Source: an uncultured Nitrososphaerales archaeon
GTDB taxonomy: Archaea > Thermoproteota > Nitrososphaeria > Nitrososphaerales > Nitrososphaeraceae
Direction of reading: 5' to 3'
Length of the DNA stretch: 47,673 nucleotides
Assembly: GCA_963709405.1 (NCBI GenBank)
Contig: CAVPXM010000023.1
Span: 1 to 47,673, forward strand
Position numbers and translations under genes: made by a program. How positions within the stretch are numbered: position 1 is the stretch's first letter; the number at the start of each line of letters is the position of its first letter. Below the pieces are notes generated by a model. That model did not search any database. It worked only from the letters and a program-made list of their open reading frames with translations, and had not been told where the DNA came from. Shown one piece after another: positions 42,488 through 47,673 of this stretch.

Positions 42488-43732
42488 ATGTGGGATAGGC
42501 CACTGCCTGCTAAGCCTAGAAACAAAGAAATCCATAGAGATACAGATTCCGAATTCCTTGAAGTTATTTATGATGCTCAAAAAGCAACGGATATTTATAT
42601 CGACCTTGCACGATCAATAGATAACGAAGCTCTATTACTTTTTGCAAATAGTAAGGCTATGGTGAGGGCAGATAGACTAGGAGTTGTAGATTATTTAGTT
42701 AAAACATCCAAGAAAGGAGCATCAATAAAGATTATCTGCCCAATAACTGAGGAGAATTCCGAGATCATAAAACAAATTTCTGAGAAGGCACCCAGTATCA
42801 GAATTCTTAATGGGGGGAAATCTCAGTCTGGTCTGTTCATAGTTAATAATGCCAAGTTTATTAGATTCGAGATAAAAGAAATGCTAGCTGAAGATTTTAC
42901 TGATGCAGTTGGATTTGTAGTATATTCAAACACAAAAGTCAGCGTATACTCATCTAGGTCATTTTTTGAACTACTTTGGAACGAGCGTCTGCAATATGAA
43001 AAACTAAAAGAAGCAGATGAAATGAAAAGTGAATTTATCAATATAGTTGCTCATGAATTACGAACACCGATACAGCCCATCCTGGGACTGACTGAAATTA
43101 TACATTCTGAGACAACAGATCCTAAACAACTTGATTATTTGGAAGTTGTTATAAGGAATGCAAGAAGATTACAGCGACTAACGGACAACATACTGGATGT
43201 TAGCAAGATTGAAAGCGGGTCATTAGATCTTAAGCAAGAACATTTCAATTTAAAGGATGTAATAACAAATGCTTTAAATGATACGATAATACTAAGAAAT
43301 AATTCATCCAGTAACACTAATGAGAAAACAAGTGTAAGATTATACTATCAGCCGCAAGATGGTTTTGTAGAAGGAGACAAAGGAAGGATAAGTCAAGTCG
43401 TTTACAATCTAGTAAATAATGCCTTTAAATTCAGTAAGGAAGGAAGTATTATTACCGTTAATTCAAAATTAGAAGACAACAAGATTATTGTCAGTGTAAA
43501 AGATACTGGTCAAGGCATAGACCCTAGACTACTCCCCAAACTATTTTCAAAGTTTGAAGCAAAATCCTTTTCAGGAACTGGATTAGAATTGTATATCTCC
43601 AAGAATATCATAGAAGCACATGGTGGCAGGATATGGGCTGAAAATAATAATAATATTAACGGAGAAAGAGGAGCTACGTTTCACTTTAGTTTACCACTAC
43701 TCAACGTCCAACAAAACCAACTTGTTTGTTAA
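42488..43732 (+). CDS. Cytoplasmic sensor histidine kinase, probably N-terminally truncated
   Basis: H box AHELRTP, N box NLVNNAFKF, G1 DTGQGI and altered G2 GTGLEL. Confidence 0.9.
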   Translation: MWDRPLPAKPRNKEIHRDTDSEFLEVIYDAQKATDIYIDLARSIDNEALLLFANSKAMVRADRLGVVDYLVKTSKKGASIKIICPITEENSEIIKQISEKAPSIRILNGGKSQSGLFIVNNAKFIRFEIKEMLAEDFTDAVGFVVYSNTKVSVYSSRSFFELLWNERLQYEKLKEADEMKSEFINIVAHELRTPIQPILGLTEIIHSETTDPKQLDYLEVVIRNARRLQRLTDNILDVSKIESGSLDLKQEHFNLKDVITNALNDTIILRNNSSSNTNEKTSVRLYYQPQDGFVEGDKGRISQVVYNLVNNAFKFSKEGSIITVNSKLEDNKIIVSVKDTGQGIDPRLLPKLFSKFEAKSFSGTGLELYISKNIIEAHGGRIWAENNNNINGERGATFHFSLPLLNVQQNQLVC

Positions 43733-44321
43733 CGGATGACAGAAACAAAGAAAGACGATGAAAAGGAAAAAATTTGTTTTATTATTAATATGTAAATAAA
43801 CTATAATGCCTTTTACATTAGCATATGTCAGTTTCTATATACTGAAGACAAGCGGATGCGGTGGGCTTCAAATAGTAGAGGAATGGTAAATCAAGTAAGC
43901 ATATGCAGTTTGACTGAAGCGATCCTTAACTATGACTACTCCACTTCTCTATTGTAGTCATCCATTCCCGTGACTTCAACTCTGTGCAAATCAGCTTACG
44001 CTTCCAAGACACCCGATATCCTCAAAAGGAAAACGCTTCCGTACGACTTTACCATCTTTACGTAATACTCTATATCATATATCAACCAATTGTGGCGCCT
44101 CTGGCTATCCCCAAATACGTACTTGACGAATTTATCATATCGTTTTCATAGTCTAGAAGCCATTCTTGATTAAGACAATCTTGACCCATTTTACAAATAG
44201 ATGGTAATCCTAGTATTTTGTAAATTATATTTATCAAATATTAATTATAAAGAAATGTAATTGTTATTTGTTCAGTATTTTCCCCAACAGCTTTATACCT
44301 TTCAGATATATTAGAGTAAAT

Positions 44322-44465
44322 ATGTTGGAAAATATAGCATACATAGGTCTTGGATTTGCAGCAGCATTCTTTGCGTTGGAATCAGCATGGCACTTTACGG
44401 CCTGCAAGATACATGACAAATCAATGAAGCCTTGTTTCTACAAGCAAGTTGGCTTATTGAAGTAG
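44322..44465 (+). CDS. 47-aa membrane-anchored microprotein, copy C
   Basis: MLENIAYIGLGFAAAFFALESAWHFTACKIHDKSMKPCFYKQVGLLK. Confidence 0.85.
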   Translation: MLENIAYIGLGFAAAFFALESAWHFTACKIHDKSMKPCFYKQVGLLK

Positions 44466-44483
44466 AAGGAGGTTCCGACAATA

Positions 44484-44630
44484 ATGGCAAGTATTGAAAG
44501 TAGTAGGAAAATTACAAGAAGGACAAGATTACTGAAAATGAAAACAAGCCGATCATCATCTAAAGCTATTGAAGTGGAAAGAATCATCATGCATGATGGA
44601 TTTAGTTATTTTTCGAGAGATAATAACTAA
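44484..44630 (+). CDS. 48-aa basic microprotein, copy C
   Basis: MASIESSRKITRRTRLLKMKTSRSSSKAIEVERIIMHDGFSYFSRDNN, preceded by SD AGGAGGT. Confidence 0.7.
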   Translation: MASIESSRKITRRTRLLKMKTSRSSSKAIEVERIIMHDGFSYFSRDNN

Positions 44631-44899
44631 TAATTACTGGGTAGAACATTTGAACGCATGAATATTGTTCAGATGCCAATGAATTAGGCCTCTCGTAGTC
44701 ATAAAGACAAGGTTTTGCCAGTTTGGGATAAGGTGTTCTTGTCGTATTTGCTATCGATAATTACAACCTAGCTGACAACTAAATTGAATATAATGATGAG
44801 GGGAAACTCCTCGGATGGATAACCGTTAACTGTTAGCGACTAACTCACTTTATAGTTTGAGCAGCAAGACCTCGTCATTTCAAACTACTTAGGCAAGGC

Positions 44900-45240
44900 A
44901 TTGATAAGTAAGAGCTAAACTCCTCATGTCTCAGCAGCGATTAAATCAAGCAATGATACAGCTAAGGTATCCTTTAAAAGGTGACAGTATACGTTACATC
45001 TATACAAACTCGCAACACAATAATCCTCCTTGTAGAGTTGTTCCCATAGAGAATACACACATAAAGGGTTTCTACTGCTACCGTATGATAATGAAAAATA
45101 TAAAGAACTGATACTCGATGGCATAGAAACGGTACTAGGATTGTTTGGCTTTGAACTGTTTACACTAATTCTAAGAACGGCAGAAAATAGTACAAGGAAT
45201 TAAGAGAAGAACGAACAAGAGACATACAAACTGATTCATA
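44900..45240 (+). pseudogene. C-terminal fragment of a family-B DNA polymerase-like gene
   Basis: GDSIRYIYTNSQHNNP.CRV, then YDNEKYKELILDGIETVLGLFGF in another frame. Confidence 0.7.
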
Positions 45241-45369
45241 ACATGATCAAATACATACTTGATATTCTCTGATAGAGCAATAAACTGTATTGCTACTACG
45301 TATAATTGATTTATTTGCAAGAGTATCAAGAAAATATAATAATCTAGATTGCTAATTTTTCATAACACA

Positions 45370-45605
45370 GTGATCCGCAAAGTCTATAACCCGAAACCGA
45401 AGATGGAAAGTTCCCTGAAGACTGGCAACACATATTTGATCCATTGGAAACATTTACTTTTGTAGCCGCTATCACTCATAAAATTGCATTAAGAACTTCT
45501 ATAATCGACATGCTCTTTCGTAATCCAGTCATACTGGCAAGGGATTTGCAACATTCGATGTCTTATCTAAAGGAAGAGATAAAGCCGGATTTGGAATAGA
45601 TTAGT
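45370..45605 (+). pseudogene. Fragment of an LLM-class (F420/flavin) oxidoreductase
   Basis: FDPLETFTFVAAITHKIALRTSIIDMLFRNPVILARGFATFDVLSKGR. Confidence 0.8.
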
Positions 45606-45774
45606 TTGTCAAACCTCGCATCTGTTGGTTATTGTTCTCTACAATTCTGGAAGTGAATAATTAGAAAGTTATGAGGTGATTTCGTTTACTGTTTTATATC
45701 GTATATATATACCATATCCTTCATATTATAAAATGAACTTTTGTCTTATATATATGGAAGAAAATACCAAATTT

Positions 45775-46426
45775 GGATCTGTAAAGTCAATGAAAAATCT
45801 ATAGACATATGTCTCGGATATAGTTTATGATATGTCAAATAAGAAAGAGAACAGAACCTGAGGATATAGCATATTCTCTGTATCTTTCTTTATTTCCTTG
45901 GTCTTTCACTAAGAAATACATCCAAAGCTGTGTCCAGATTTGTTAAAAGGAGCCATAGTGCAATAAGAGACTGGATTCAAAAATAGAAACCCGAGATATT
46001 AGGTTCTAAAAAGTTACGTATTACCGAATTTGTAATTGATGAAAATTGACTCACTATATCTGGTTATGGATAGCCATTGAAAACGATAACCGAGAAATCC
46101 TTCAAATAAGCGTATCCAAAGAAAGGGAGAAACATGTTTGTTGCGGAACGTTTTATATCAAACCTTGTGAAAAGATATGGAGAACATCCTGTTTCAACAG
46201 ATGGACGTACATGGTATCCACCACAGGACTGTAAATTCTTAAGAATAAGACACCATCTTCATTCTGCATTTGAGAAAAGCATAATCGAGAGAGAACGATA
46301 CAATATATCAAAGATAGAACGGAAAGGGTCCATGATTAATTTCCTTGTAGAAAAAATAAATGTAATGGTTGAATCTGTTTGTTTGTCGTCAAAACAAGGA
46401 GTCGATATCTCAACTTTATAGAGTCC
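45775..46426 (+). mobile_element. Degraded IS6-family element
   Basis: GLSLRNTS, RSHSAIRDWIQK, VIDE, WLWIAIE, VSTDG.TWYP and EKSIIER. Imperfect TIRs GGATCTGTAAAGT and GGACTCTATAAAGT. Confidence 0.88.
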
Positions 46427-46546
46427 ACTTAGAATATCATTGCTTTAGAGGAGCAATAATAGCGACACCTAAAGGTATTCTTCATGTTAGTGTCTACACC
46501 TATTAAGTAGGATTCGTTATATACACTTATCGGTCATAAAGATATA

Positions 46547-46771
46547 ATGAGTGAAAGTACTTCAACCGAACTAACAAATACCGCATATGACATACTAAAG
46601 GTTTTAGGAAAAGATGCAGATTTTCTATACGATACTATTGATAAGTATATCAAAGATGCACAGAACGCGAACAGACAGGACTTGGTAGAAATGTGGCAAA
46701 TTATAAAAAAGGATAGGCTAAAACACATACATATGTTAAAGGAAGCGTTAGAAAAAGAGATCCATGGCTAA
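46547..46771 (+). CDS. Small helical protein, half-ferritin-like
   Basis: DADFLYDTIDKYIKDA...W..IKKDRLKHIHMLKEAL; TTATATA about 28 nt upstream. Confidence 0.75.
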   Translation: MSESTSTELTNTAYDILKVLGKDADFLYDTIDKYIKDAQNANRQDLVEMWQIIKKDRLKHIHMLKEALEKEIHG

Positions 46772-47673
46772 CTATATCAATTAGCAGATATTCTCTAATT
46801 AGAATAATGTATTTTTTCTCTTTGAGATTCAGCTGTATCCAGGTAAGTATAGCCTAATTTTCTGAAGTAAGCAGGTATAGGAGTGGTCCTGTCAGCTCTA
46901 AAGTCCAGGATTTACTGTGATAAGTGCGGCTATAGTGGTTCTGTAGGATTACTAACTACATTTCACTAATTGCCAAAAAATGTGGTTTAGTATTTTGCTT
47001 ACCTCAATTTTTGGTAATTCTTGCAATCGCTTCGCCTCACGTTCTATTTTAGATGACTTATCATAAAGATATTTTTTCACCTTGTATAGATTTCCATATT
47101 TATCCTGCCGCAATTTTTTTGTGCGATAGTCACCACGAAAGCAAAAACTTGTCGGTTGTAACTTTAAGTTATTTTCAATTTTGGCTTAATTACCTAAAGT
47201 AACGCTTCTCATTACACGGTCTTCTTGAGTTCAAATATGCTACTTGATGAATTTGACGGCGTATTGACTCATTTGACGTGCTATTTGACGATGACCATAT
47301 AAACCGTCGTTGATACTTAAGTAAGTAGAATACGAATATGCCTGCAGCAATTCCAGAAGCTATAAAATCACATGTTATCATACAATGGCTCCAGGGCCTT
47401 AGCCGAGATGCCATCACGCGCAGTTCGGCTAGGTCGTGAGGTAACATAATCAACGGGTGGACAAATGCTCTTGGTGAATATGAAGCAGATGCGCTGAGGG
47501 ATTTAGCAAAATTACTCAGAATCGCCGGTCTTTCTCCGGCTCAATGTGCGATGGGTTTTAGAACTACGAAAATATTAAGTGAGCAGAATATAGATGCACC
47601 TTATATCTGACATATACAAAAAATGCAAGAACCTTGGAGTCACGTCAAGTAAAATCGTCACTTATATTGAAGA

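Noticed and set aside
47190-47453. 87-aa minus-strand ORF, also 5241-5426, 30120-30419, 33786-33995, 36279-36545 and 38061-38291
   Set aside because: No recognisable motif or convincing start context; cannot be supported from sequence alone.
1-47673. CRISPR array, cas genes, rRNA or canonical tRNA
   Set aside because: No regularly spaced repeats, no recognisable cas motifs, no long GC-rich RNA gene and no complete cloverleaf were seen.

Overview
AT-rich archaeal DNA, most likely from a soil ammonia-oxidising archaeon (Nitrososphaeraceae). This is an inference from the gene families present and from TATA boxes about 25-30 nt before leaderless starts. The window is an accessory region with low coding density. 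Intact genes include a Zn alcohol dehydrogenase, a patatin-like phospholipase, TusA, a Rieske ferredoxin, an aldo/keto reductase, an O-methyltransferase, a P-II protein and a P2A-type ATPase. Several otherwise complete genes are broken by single-base insertions (SdhA/FrdA-like flavoprotein, DipZ-like redoxin, DsrE, isochorismatase, two membrane proteins), which may be sequencing error. There are many truncated gene fragments and six IS elements or remnants; one (34178-35340) still has terminal inverted repeats and an 8-bp target duplication. No rRNA, canonical tRNA or CRISPR array was seen. The best candidate for an undescribed system is a microprotein cassette in three copies (35374-36115, 42097-42465, 44269-44847): a 47-50 aa membrane/Cys peptide with many synonymous differences between copies, a 48 aa basic partner in two copies, and a shared promoter with a TGTT-N13-AACA palindrome. 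Other leads are a promoter-preceded tRNA-like structure next to a translationally coupled, virus-like operon (27530-29420) and several tiny Zn-finger genes missed by the ORF track.
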